Source: an uncultured Clostridia bacterium | Lineage (GTDB): Bacteria; Bacillota; Clostridia; Oscillospirales; Acutalibacteraceae | Assembly (NCBI GenBank): GCA_937890355.1 | Contig: CALACW010000133.1 | Span: 8,030 to 72,029 of the forward strand | Direction: 5' to 3' | DNA: 64,000 nt | Part shown: positions 43,356 through 51,702 of the stretch, piece by piece | How positions within the stretch are numbered: the stretch's first letter is position 1 | How the letters are laid out: each line of letters begins with the position of its first letter | Program-made: the position numbers and the translations under genes | Notes under the pieces: generated by a model | Databases searched by the model: none | What the model was told of the DNA's origin: nothing | What the model saw: the letters and a program-made list of their open reading frames with translations, nothing else

Positions 43356-44435
43356 ATGGGCGAAAAACGTTTCATGAAGGGCAATGAAGCCATAGCGGAA
43401 GCGGCAGTCAGAGGCGGATGCAGATTTTTTGCAGGCTACCCCATCACTCCGCAGAACGAAATTCCCGAGTATCTCTCATGGAGACTGCCCGAGGTCGGCG
43501 GTTCGTTCGTACAGGGCGAGAGCGAAATAGCTTCCGTTAACATGGTATACGGCGCGTCCGCAATGGGAACGAGAGCCATGACCAGTTCCTCGGGCCCCGG
43601 CATCAGCTTAAAGGCAGAAGGTATCTCCTATCTTGCGGCTGCAATGCTTCCCGCATTGATAGTTAATATAAGCAGAGGAGGGCCCGGACTCGGCTCCATA
43701 CAGCCCGCGCAGTCGGATTATTTGCAGGCGACAAAGGCTCTCGGACACGGCGGATTCCATGCGATGGTATTTGCTCCGAATTCGGCTCAGGAAGCGTGCG
43801 ATATAGTTTACGAATCATTCGAATATGCCGAGCGCGACAGGAACCCAGTACTCGTTTTAATGGACGGCTGTCTCGGAAATATCATGGAGGAAGTCGAACT
43901 TCCCGAAATGAAAGAAATTAAGTACGAGGATGTCCCCGAATGGAGTCTTTCAAGACGTAACGGCAGAGACTATCAGGGAAATATAACTCCTATTTACACA
44001 GAGCCTATTCTCGAGGGACTCAACGCGATGGCGGGCGAAATGTACAAGGACTGGGAGGAAAACGACGTTAAAGTCGAAGAATTCATGGTCGACGACGCCG
44101 AATACGTTATCGTCGCGTACGGTATCGCTTCAAGAGTATCAAAAGAAGCCGTTATTAATTTAAGAGAAAAAGGAATTAAAGTCGGATTAATAAGACCGAT
44201 AACTCTTTTCCCGTTCCCGAAAAAGAGTATTAAAAATCTTGATTATAACCGCGTTAAGGGAATTATCGATATCGAAATGACTATTCCCGCTCAGATGCGC
44301 GAGGATATTGAACTCCAGGTTATGGGCAGATGTCCCGTATACGAATACGGCAGAAGCGGCGGATGTCTGCTTGACGACGACGGCGTAAGAGAAGCTATCG
44401 AAAATATAGTTTGCGGAGGCGGAGAAAATGGCTGA
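43356..44435 (+). CDS. 2-oxoacid:ferredoxin oxidoreductase alpha subunit (VorB/KorA-type)
   Basis: MKGNEAIAEAAVRGGCRFFAGYPITPQNEI, GESEIASVNMVYGAS. ATG 43356 has GGAGG 9 nt upstream. The track start at 43347 overlaps the ferredoxin stop. Confidence 0.85.
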   Translation: MGEKRFMKGNEAIAEAAVRGGCRFFAGYPITPQNEIPEYLSWRLPEVGGSFVQGESEIASVNMVYGASAMGTRAMTSSSGPGISLKAEGISYLAAAMLPALIVNISRGGPGLGSIQPAQSDYLQATKALGHGGFHAMVFAPNSAQEACDIVYESFEYAERDRNPVLVLMDGCLGNIMEEVELPEMKEIKYEDVPEWSLSRRNGRDYQGNITPIYTEPILEGLNAMAGEMYKDWEENDVKVEEFMVDDAEYVIVAYGIASRVSKEAVINLREKGIKVGLIRPITLFPFPKKSIKNLDYNRVKGIIDIEMTIPAQMREDIELQVMGRCPVYEYGRSGGCLLDDDGVREAIENIVCGGGENG

Positions 44436-45171
44436 ATATAAAAGACCCGAACTTATAGCAGACTCTCCGAGCGGTTACTGCCCCGGATGTCTGCACTCGC
44501 TTGCGACGAAACTCATCGCGGAAGTTATCGAGGAAATGGGACAGGCTGATAATTCGTTAAACGTTATCTCCGTAGGATGTTCCGCACTTAATATTCTCTA
44601 CTGGGGCGGAGATTTTCTTTCTGTTGCGCACGGCAGAGCTCCCGCGGCGGCAACGGGAATTAAACGTTCAAATCCCGAACGTCTCGTTTTCGCTTATCAG
44701 GGCGACGGCGACCTTGCGGCAATAGGACTTGCCGAGATTATTTCTGCGGCAAACAGAGGCGAGCATTTCACCGTAATATTCGCTAACAATCAGACTTACG
44801 GCATGACGGGCGGTCAGATGGCACCGACAACGTTAATCGGACAGAAAACAACCACGTCCGTTTACGGCAGAGACCCGGCAACGACGGGCTATCCGTTTAA
44901 AATGTGCGAACTTATTTCACAGCTGGAGGCTCCCGCATATGTCGCCAGATTTGCATTAAACTCGCCTAAGGGCATTATGGACGCGAAGAAGGGTATCAGA
45001 AAATCGTTCGAATATCAGATGGCAGACAAGGGCTTTACATTCGTCGAACTCCTTACAAACTGTCCGACGAACTGGAAGATGACTCCCCTTCAGACGCTTG
45101 ATTATATGAATACAAATACGATTCCGTACTTTAAACCCGGAGTTTACAAGGATAAGGAGGCGGACAAATAA
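44428..45171 (+). CDS. 2-oxoacid:ferredoxin oxidoreductase beta subunit (TPP-binding)
   Basis: YCPGCLHS, the GDGD...NN TPP motif (AYQGDGDLAAIGLAEIISAANRGEHFTVIFANNQTYGMTGGQ). Confidence 0.9.
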   Translation: MAEYKRPELIADSPSGYCPGCLHSLATKLIAEVIEEMGQADNSLNVISVGCSALNILYWGGDFLSVAHGRAPAAATGIKRSNPERLVFAYQGDGDLAAIGLAEIISAANRGEHFTVIFANNQTYGMTGGQMAPTTLIGQKTTTSVYGRDPATTGYPFKMCELISQLEAPAYVARFALNSPKGIMDAKKGIRKSFEYQMADKGFTFVELLTNCPTNWKMTPLQTLDYMNTNTIPYFKPGVYKDKEADK

Positions 45172-45719
45172 TGAAAAGCTCATTTGTTTTTTCAGGCTCG
45201 GGCGGTCAGGGCATTATGAGTGCGGGTATCATGCTCGCGCACACAGCAATTGACATGGGCAAGCACGCTACTTATCTGCCTGAGTACGGCCCCGAACAGC
45301 GCGGAGGCAGTGCAAAATGCACCGTTGTAATCAGCGATGACCCCATCATATCACCGCTTCCCAAGCACTGCGACAACCTTATAGCATTAAACGCTCTCGC
45401 CTATGCAAAATTCGGCGATGATATCAAGGAAGGCGGACTTCTGCTTGCTAATTCAAATAGAATTCAAGACGGTCTTGACAGAACGGACGTAACGGTTATT
45501 TCCGCACCCGTTGACGATATTTCGCTGGAAGTCGGCTCATCGAAAGCTGCAAATATTATTCTTTTAGGAATACTTATCGGAGCCACGGATATCGTATCGA
45601 AAGATACGCTTATACTCTCGCTCGAAGATAAATTCAAGGATAAAAAACCTGAAATTCTCGAAATGAATTTACGAGCTCTCGATAAAGGAATTGAGCTCGG
45701 CAAACAGGCAAAGAAATAA
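45171..45719 (+). CDS. 2-oxoacid:ferredoxin oxidoreductase gamma subunit
   Basis: FSGSGGQGIMSAGIMLA, YGPEQRGG. ATG overlaps the upstream stop (TAATG). Confidence 0.9.
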   Translation: MKSSFVFSGSGGQGIMSAGIMLAHTAIDMGKHATYLPEYGPEQRGGSAKCTVVISDDPIISPLPKHCDNLIALNALAYAKFGDDIKEGGLLLANSNRIQDGLDRTDVTVISAPVDDISLEVGSSKAANIILLGILIGATDIVSKDTLILSLEDKFKDKKPEILEMNLRALDKGIELGKQAKK

Positions 45720-45736
45720 TAACGGAGGTTAATACA

Positions 45737-46069
45737 ATGGCAAAAATAGGTTTAGGCTGCTGGGCGGGCAAAATTTCGCTCAGAATAGCCAGAGGCGAAG
45801 TTAAATTTAAAATAGAGGACAACAACGGCGAGTACAAAATCACCACCGACCTTCCCGGCGCATTAAAAAGCGCAAAAATCTCGTTTATGGATCTCAAAGA
45901 AGAACCCGACGGCAAAACAATTTCGGGCAAAGGCACAATTTCAGTTCTCCCCGGCAGAAAACTCGAGGGCGCGTTCACTTTCGAGGACGACACCTTTACG
46001 GGCGAAATCAAAGCTCCCGTTGTAGGCAAGATTAAAATCACCGACGGCCACCGCATAGACTCGTTCTGA
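45737..46069 (+). CDS. hypothetical 110-aa protein, last gene of the OFOR operon
   Basis: GGAGG RBS, and no terminator between it and the gamma subunit. Beta-rich sequence with no motif I recognise. Confidence 0.5.
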   Translation: MAKIGLGCWAGKISLRIARGEVKFKIEDNNGEYKITTDLPGALKSAKISFMDLKEEPDGKTISGKGTISVLPGRKLEGAFTFEDDTFTGEIKAPVVGKIKITDGHRIDSF

Positions 46070-46610
46070 TTTGACGAAATACAAAATCCCGCGCAGATTT
46101 TTCACCTGCGCGGGTGTTGTTTTTATTGTTCTGATTTACAATTATTTCTTCCAAATTTAAACATCCGGAAAAAGGTGAATCTCCTATCTTTGAAACATTG
46201 CACGGAATTTCTATACCTGTCAGTCCGGTACAATTACAAAAAATATCATCTCCTAATTCAACAACACTGTCAGATAGTGTTATATTTTTAAGACCTGAAC
46301 ATCTCATGAATGCATAGTTTCCTATTTTTAAAACGCTGTCCGGTATTTTTACATTTACCAAACTTGTGCAGCTATCAAAAGCAAAACTGCCTATCTCAGT
46401 AACTCTTTTGCCGTCAAGTTCAGCCGGTATAACAATATCTGTATCATTGCCGGTATAATTTGTTATTTCTACAGTTCCGTCGTTAAGTAACGAATACTCA
46501 TAATCCCCGCTTGTCTCCGCGCCGACAGAAAACGACAGCCCCGCAAAGCAGGACAAAAGCATAATAACAGACAAAACAACAGATATTGTCCGCCGTCCCA
46601 TTCTTTTCAT
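46038..46610 (-). CDS. short secreted BspA-type LRR protein, probably a 3'-truncated remnant
   Basis: Signal peptide MKRMGRRTISVVLSVIMLLSCFAGLSFSVGA and LRR_5 repeats (IGSFAFDSCTSLVNVKIPDSV, IGNYAFMRCSGLKNITLSDSV, IGDSPFSGCLNLEEI). The last ~25 codons read through the neighbour's terminator and 3' end. Confidence 0.5.
   Translation of the reverse strand: MKRMGRRTISVVLSVIMLLSCFAGLSFSVGAETSGDYEYSLLNDGTVEITNYTGNDTDIVIPAELDGKRVTEIGSFAFDSCTSLVNVKIPDSVLKIGNYAFMRCSGLKNITLSDSVVELGDDIFCNCTGLTGIEIPCNVSKIGDSPFSGCLNLEEIIVNQNNKNNTRAGEKSARDFVFRQIRTSLCGGRR
46088..46126. terminator. terminator of the OFOR operon (hairpin also lies inside the convergent LRR ORF)
   Basis: CCCGCGCAG-loop-CTGCGCGGG followed by TGTTGTTTTTATT. 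Confidence 0.75.
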
Positions 46611-46784
46611 AAAACAACCTCCGAAATTTCACATTAACAGTACAATCCGTAATGCACTGCCCTCTCAAAACGGTAAACATGCTATATATTTCCGTTACAG
46701 TATAATTATAAATGAGATTTACATGGATTGCAAGTAAAACACAATAAAATAATATATTTTTTGTAAAAATTTGATTTAAATAAT

Positions 46785-46819
46785 CAAAAAAAACCGTCGG
46801 GATAAAGTCCTCCGGCGGT
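46785..46819 (-). terminator. terminator of the GDPD gene
   Basis: 8-bp stem ACCGTCGG / CCGGCGGT with T8 on the minus strand. Confidence 0.6.
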
Positions 46820-46828
46820 ACGATTATA

Positions 46829-47701
46829 TTACGGCAGTATTCTGTTCGTCGTTATTCTGTCAACCTTAAACAATCGGCATATATCAGCTTCAAAAACGCT
46901 GTCAACCGTCCAAACTGAACAGTCAAGCCCGGCTTGCTTTATTTTTTTAACCTTAAGCAAATCGCCGAACGCGTTGAATCTAAAGGCGATTCCGATATTT
47001 CCGGCGTCCCGGCATTTAGGAATAGTATCCTTATCCATTCCGGAAACGAGATACATCAATCTGATATCCGAATCATTTCGGCGGATATACGTAAGATAAT
47101 CAAAATTAAACGATATGATCTCAGCGTCAACTCCGCTGTCCCTTATCATTTTAAGAACTCCTCCGAGCGATTCCTCACGTCCGCTCTTTATTTCAATGCA
47201 AGCACGCATTGAATATTTTTTGCAGATATCGAGAACTTCGGACAGTTCGGGGATTTTAAGCGATGAAAAATTCTTAATATTACTGCCCGCGTCTATATTG
47301 AAATTCAGAAGTTCGTCGTATGTATACAGACTGATATTTCCCGTCGAGTCGGTCATATCGGAAATATCCTCGTTGTGCATGACCGCCCACTTACCGTCCT
47401 TCGTCTCATGAATATCAAACTCGCATGCAAAGTAACCCGCCTGTCCCGCAGCTTCAAACGCTGGGAGCGTATTTTCCGGCGCAACTGCGGACAGTCCCCT
47501 GTGCGCGGTAAGATAAAGTCTGCCCGCGCTCGACTCCGAGGGAACGATATAGTGCGAACTCTCTGTCGGCATGACATACCTCATGACCGCAGCAGTCGAA
47601 ACAATGACGGCAAGGATTATAAATAATGTTAAAATTAATTTTTTCTTTCGAGAAAAACCGTCTTTTCTTTTTCTCTTTCCTGTCTTTTTTCTTTTAGCCA
47701 T
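46829..47701 (-). CDS. membrane-anchored glycerophosphodiester phosphodiesterase (GDPD family)
   Basis: Basic N-terminus plus a TM segment. AHRGLSAVAPENTLPAFEAA, EFDIHETKDGKWAVMHNEDI. Confidence 0.85.
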   Translation of the reverse strand: MAKRKKTGKRKRKDGFSRKKKLILTLFIILAVIVSTAAVMRYVMPTESSHYIVPSESSAGRLYLTAHRGLSAVAPENTLPAFEAAGQAGYFACEFDIHETKDGKWAVMHNEDISDMTDSTGNISLYTYDELLNFNIDAGSNIKNFSSLKIPELSEVLDICKKYSMRACIEIKSGREESLGGVLKMIRDSGVDAEIISFNFDYLTYIRRNDSDIRLMYLVSGMDKDTIPKCRDAGNIGIAFRFNAFGDLLKVKKIKQAGLDCSVWTVDSVFEADICRLFKVDRITTNRILP

Positions 47702-47820
47702 AAACGCTCTCCGAAATATCGATAAATTATAATTATATGATTAAATTATATAGTCAAAATAATGTATTGTCAACTTGTGTTTTTTATTAAGTCATGATAT
47801 ACTTTATCACGGTGATATGA

Positions 47821-48351
47821 ATGATAGAAAGATTTAATTATAAAAAGAATATCGACATTACACTTACCGACGGAACCGTAAACGGTCAGGGCGTCGGAGA
47901 GATAAGCAAAATGCGCTACGGCATAATGCCCATGAGCTGGAACGGATGCGAGATTATCGCCGTTTACAATTTCCTGATAATAAGTTCGGAAAAAATAATC
48001 CCCTTAGCAGATATCGCACGCGAGATTTACCCGTACGGCTCTATATGCTGGGGATTTTTCGGCACCGACCCGAACAGGCTTATTAAATTTTTCAGAGACC
48101 ATAACGTCACGGTTCAGCATACGAGAAAGTTCGACGTATTTAAATCAACATTTAAGGGGCAGAAATACGGCATCGTTGCTTTTTGGAACGGCGTCCCGAA
48201 GGCATCATCTCTTCATACTGTCTGTATAGAAAACAGAGATGGAAAAATCATTGTTTACAACCGTTCGAACAGAAGAGATTACCCTGTCGCATATGATAAT
48301 CTTGAGGAATTCTGCGACAAAACGCATTTTATTGTAGGATATTTCAAATAA
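47821..48351 (+). CDS. hypothetical protein, possible papain-fold Cys/His peptidase-like
   Basis: 176 aa. The only weak cues are a candidate nucleophile context WNGCEIIAVYN and a later SLHTVCIE...VYN. Confidence 0.3.
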   Translation: MIERFNYKKNIDITLTDGTVNGQGVGEISKMRYGIMPMSWNGCEIIAVYNFLIISSEKIIPLADIAREIYPYGSICWGFFGTDPNRLIKFFRDHNVTVQHTRKFDVFKSTFKGQKYGIVAFWNGVPKASSLHTVCIENRDGKIIVYNRSNRRDYPVAYDNLEEFCDKTHFIVGYFK

Positions 48352-48365
48352 ACAGGAGAATATAG

Positions 48366-49280
48366 ATGATAAAAACGGAATTTATCGACAGCTTTATAAA
48401 GAGATACGACTATTCCGAATCGGCGGTTTTCGAAATCGACAGACTGTTCAGAAAATCACAGACAGATAAGTACTTCGAAGCCGATATGAAATCGCTTATA
48501 AACAAATACTTTGCCGACACGTCAAAGGGACTCGGACAAACGCAGGATAAAATATTCGAAATATCAAAAAGATATAACGAAGATAAATACACGCTCTGTC
48601 TCTTTTTTCTGATTCTCGCACTCCCCTGTTCAAAGGAAATATACGATAAAAAAGGACTCAGCGAAGATATTTTTTATGATACCATGGACGATATAAGATG
48701 CAAGCTCAATGAGTGTATAGAGTGCAAGGAAGTTCCAGGCATATTCGTCCTTACATGGTATAACGGCATACTGAACGCAGAGACAATTTCCCTCGGACGT
48801 TTTGAATACGAGGTTTCGGATTTCGGTTTCAAAGAATACACATTCTCCGACGGCAAGACTATAAAAAAGGGCGATACCACTATTAACTTTCACATTCCGT
48901 CATCGGGCGTTTCGATTTCCGACGAGGTACGCCTTGATTCATACAAAAAAGCGTATGAGCACTTTAAACATCTTTACCACGACGGCAAGGTTGTTTTTGA
49001 ATGTAATTCGTGGCTCCTGTTTCCCGGGCAGAAAAAGTTTCTCCCCGAAAAGAGCAACATATTAAGATTTATCGACGATTTCGTAATTATGGAATCTGAA
49101 AAAAGAGATGAATTTTACGACGCCTGGCGCGTATTCGGAAAATATGCAGGACTCCCGCCGAGAAAGCTCCCCCGCGACAATTCCATGAGAAAAGCATACG
49201 CCGACTGGATAAGCAAGGGCAGACGAACGGGCTTCGGCAAAGGGATTTTTGCATTTGACGGAGAAAGAATAATCAAATAA
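48366..49280 (+). CDS. hypothetical protein, possibly GNAT-like acyltransferase (NAT_N/GNAT_C type)
   Basis: 304-aa ORF 15 nt after the previous gene with a GGAG RBS. The family assignment is from memory only. Confidence 0.3.
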   Translation: MIKTEFIDSFIKRYDYSESAVFEIDRLFRKSQTDKYFEADMKSLINKYFADTSKGLGQTQDKIFEISKRYNEDKYTLCLFFLILALPCSKEIYDKKGLSEDIFYDTMDDIRCKLNECIECKEVPGIFVLTWYNGILNAETISLGRFEYEVSDFGFKEYTFSDGKTIKKGDTTINFHIPSSGVSISDEVRLDSYKKAYEHFKHLYHDGKVVFECNSWLLFPGQKKFLPEKSNILRFIDDFVIMESEKRDEFYDAWRVFGKYAGLPPRKLPRDNSMRKAYADWISKGRRTGFGKGIFAFDGERIIK

Positions 49281-49288
49281 TTTTACAG

Positions 49289-49330
49289 AAAAAAAACGAG
49301 TTGTATCGATAAAATACAGCTCGTTTTTCT
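49289..49330. terminator. bidirectional terminator
   Basis: ACGAGTTGTAT / ATACAGCTCGT stem flanked by A8 and T5. Confidence 0.75.
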
Positions 49331-49331
49331 T

Positions 49332-50243
49332 TTAATTCCAAACAACGGTTATTCTGTTCTGAACCCTTTGATAGTTTACGTTTTTTATAAATCCGTAGTC
49401 AATAACCGCCTTTTCAAGCTCGTCAGCCATTTCGGTATTCTCCATAAAATACGTGCAGTGCATGGTAAGTTCATCCGGCGGAGCTACGTCAAAGAGTTTG
49501 AATCCCGTCAGCCACCAGTGTCTTTCGGGACCTCTGGTCATGTAAAGTTCGTCGTTTCTGTACAGCGCAAACGACATCACTATCATCTCACTGTCGGGCA
49601 CGCATTTATAAAATTTATCAGACGCGCCTTTATCCTTATAATACAGACCCATTTCCGCGCCGGTCGTAATGCCGTATCTGCCCTTCCACAGCTGGAACAT
49701 ATAGTCATGATCGCCGTATGTAAATTTAAGTCTTATAGTATCATAATACATTCCGCCTACGCTCGCTATCGCGTCATATGCCGTAGTATAGCCGAAGTTC
49801 CTCTGCCACGACTGAGTATCCGAATAGAAAATCCCCTGATTCTTATCATATCTGAATCCGGCGGCGAGAATAATTTTGCCGAGTTTCAGAGACTCGCCGG
49901 TAAGACCTGCCAGTGAATCGTCGTCGGTAACGGTATTCTCCGTAACAACGTTAAAAAATCCTGTAGTATACGGACTCGTAACCGTAACGGCGGGCTTTGT
50001 CGATTCTGTCACAACGGGAGCAGTAACCGGGGGCTGTGTAACGGGAGAAACGGTAACAGCGGGAACGGTGGTCTGAACAACAGTCTGACTCTGAGTAGTC
50101 TGCGCTTTGCTAATCGTCGGCAAATCAACATTTACGGAACCGGCTTTGACGTTTGAAACAAGAAACCAAACTCCTGCGCATGTAACGGTAAGAACAAGCA
50201 CGGAAATAATGGTAAAATATATTTTTCTTCTTCTGCGTTCCAC
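49332..50243 (-). CDS. membrane-anchored protein with a Thr/Val/Pro-rich linker and a DUF4474-like C-terminal domain
   Basis: N-terminal TM (IYFTIISVLVLTVTCAGVWFLV) and a TQSQTVVQTTVPAVTVSPVTQPPVTAPVVT linker. SWQRNFGYTTAYD...FQLWKGRYGITTGAEMGLYY matches my recollection of DUF4474. Confidence 0.5.
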   Translation of the reverse strand: MERRRRKIYFTIISVLVLTVTCAGVWFLVSNVKAGSVNVDLPTISKAQTTQSQTVVQTTVPAVTVSPVTQPPVTAPVVTESTKPAVTVTSPYTTGFFNVVTENTVTDDDSLAGLTGESLKLGKIILAAGFRYDKNQGIFYSDTQSWQRNFGYTTAYDAIASVGGMYYDTIRLKFTYGDHDYMFQLWKGRYGITTGAEMGLYYKDKGASDKFYKCVPDSEMIVMSFALYRNDELYMTRGPERHWWLTGFKLFDVAPPDELTMHCTYFMENTEMADELEKAVIDYGFIKNVNYQRVQNRITVVWN

Positions 50244-50334
50244 GGCAAACTCCTCCTAATACATTTTTCAACATAATTGTAGCACATATTAAAAACTTTT
50301 TCAAATACTATTTTTTATAATACGGCTATTTTGA

Positions 50335-50363
50335 TTGACTTAGTGTCGATTATTTGGTATTAT
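50335..50363 (+). promoter_or_regulatory. sigma-A promoter of the queT leader
   Basis: TTGACT (50335-50340), 17 nt, TATTAT (50358-50363). Confidence 0.6.
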
Positions 50364-50369
50364 TAATGT

Positions 50370-50458
50370 GAAGATTTTCTTCGGTCAGTTCGTAACCATC
50401 CTGACCGGGAACGGATAAAGACATGCATATCCGTTCTCAAATCAAAACTAAGGAGACA
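50370..50458 (+). promoter_or_regulatory. candidate preQ1 riboswitch (class II/III-like) in the queT leader
   Basis: Structured leader with hairpin CGGTCAG...CTGACCG, then GGGAA, then hairpin CGGATA-AAGACATGC-TATCCG containing the CGGAUAAAG element. An A-rich tail runs into the AGGAG SD. The downstream gene is queT, the gene these classes typically control. Confidence 0.5.
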
Positions 50459-50463
50459 AAAAA

Positions 50464-50991
50464 ATGAATAGCAAAAAAAGCAAAAGAAACACTGTTTTGT
50501 TTTTAACCCAGGCGGGCGTTATCGCCGCCATGTACGTGGCATTAACGTATCTCTCGGCGTCCGCAGGACTCGCATTCAACGCCGTACAGTTCAGACTGAG
50601 CGAGATTATGTGCGTTTTTGCGCTGTACACACCCGCCGCCATCCCCGGACTTACGATAGGCTGTATTATTTCAAACCTGTCAAGCACGCTCGGCTGGATT
50701 GACATTATCGCGGGAAGTTTGGCTACTCTGCTGGCTTCGTTATGTATTTATTTTACGCCGAAGTTAAAAATAAAAAAATTTCCTGTTTCGGTTCCGCTTT
50801 TCAGCTCGTTATTCAACGCTGTAATTGTCGGACTGGAAATTTGGTATCTCGACCCGTCGAGAACCGCTCAGCTGTTTTTTATTTCCGCACTTGAAGTTGC
50901 GGCGGGTGAAATTGTCGTCTGCACAATAGGCGCGCTTATTTTACCTCCGCTAATCAAACGGACTAAAATATTCGAAAAATTTCATTTTTAA
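50464..50991 (+). CDS. queT: queuosine-precursor transporter QueT (ECF S-component-like)
   Basis: 175-aa polytopic protein. AGVIAAMYVALTYL, VQFRLSEIMCVFALYTPAAIPGLTIGCIISNL, DIIAGSLATLLA. Confidence 0.75.
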   Translation: MNSKKSKRNTVLFLTQAGVIAAMYVALTYLSASAGLAFNAVQFRLSEIMCVFALYTPAAIPGLTIGCIISNLSSTLGWIDIIAGSLATLLASLCIYFTPKLKIKKFPVSVPLFSSLFNAVIVGLEIWYLDPSRTAQLFFISALEVAAGEIVVCTIGALILPPLIKRTKIFEKFHF

Positions 50992-51025
50992 AAACGTATA
51001 ATTTTCAGGGAAAGGATGACCGACT

Positions 51026-51700
51026 GTGAAAAAAATTATAGTTGCCGACGACGAGGAATTACTCAGAAACCTTGTATGCGATTATCTTACTAGAGAGGGT
51101 TATCAGCCCATTCCTGCAAAAGACGGAGAGGAAGCTCTCGCACTTTTTAACGAAAACCCCGACACCGTTCTGCTGATTCTCGATATAATGATGCCGAACA
51201 TTGACGGCTGGGAGGTTTGCAGGAAGATAAGAGAAACGTCATCCGTTCCCATTATTATGCTCACAGCAAGAAATCAGGAGTTTGACGAATTAACGGGATT
51301 CGACGCAGGCGCGGACGATTATGTAACAAAACCGTGCAGTCCGTCGGTACTCATGAAGCGTGTTGCCGCTCTGCTCAAGAGGGAAAACGCCATAAATAAT
51401 TCCAACGTATTTACTCTTGACAATTTAAAACTCGACGCTTCCGCGCACGAGGTAAGACTTGACGGCAAGCCTATCACATTAACTTTGAAGGAATACAGCA
51501 TTCTTTTAAAATTCCTCACTGCACAGAGCCGTGTTTTCTCAAGAGAACAGCTTCTCGACGACATTTGGGGCTACGATTTTGACGGCGACATGAGAACCGT
51601 CGACTCGCACGTTGCAAGACTGCGCACAAAACTCGGCGAGTGGGGCTCAAAACATATAAAAACAATTTACGGAACGGGATATAAAATTGAGGGCGACTGA
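51026..51700 (+). CDS. OmpR-family response regulator
   Basis: GTG start. Receiver (ADDEE..LILDIMMPNIDG..KP) plus a winged helix (VDSHVARLRTKLG...IKTIYGTGYK). Confidence 0.9.
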   Translation: MKKIIVADDEELLRNLVCDYLTREGYQPIPAKDGEEALALFNENPDTVLLILDIMMPNIDGWEVCRKIRETSSVPIIMLTARNQEFDELTGFDAGADDYVTKPCSPSVLMKRVAALLKRENAINNSNVFTLDNLKLDASAHEVRLDGKPITLTLKEYSILLKFLTAQSRVFSREQLLDDIWGYDFDGDMRTVDSHVARLRTKLGEWGSKHIKTIYGTGYKIEGD

Positions 51701-51702
51701 TA

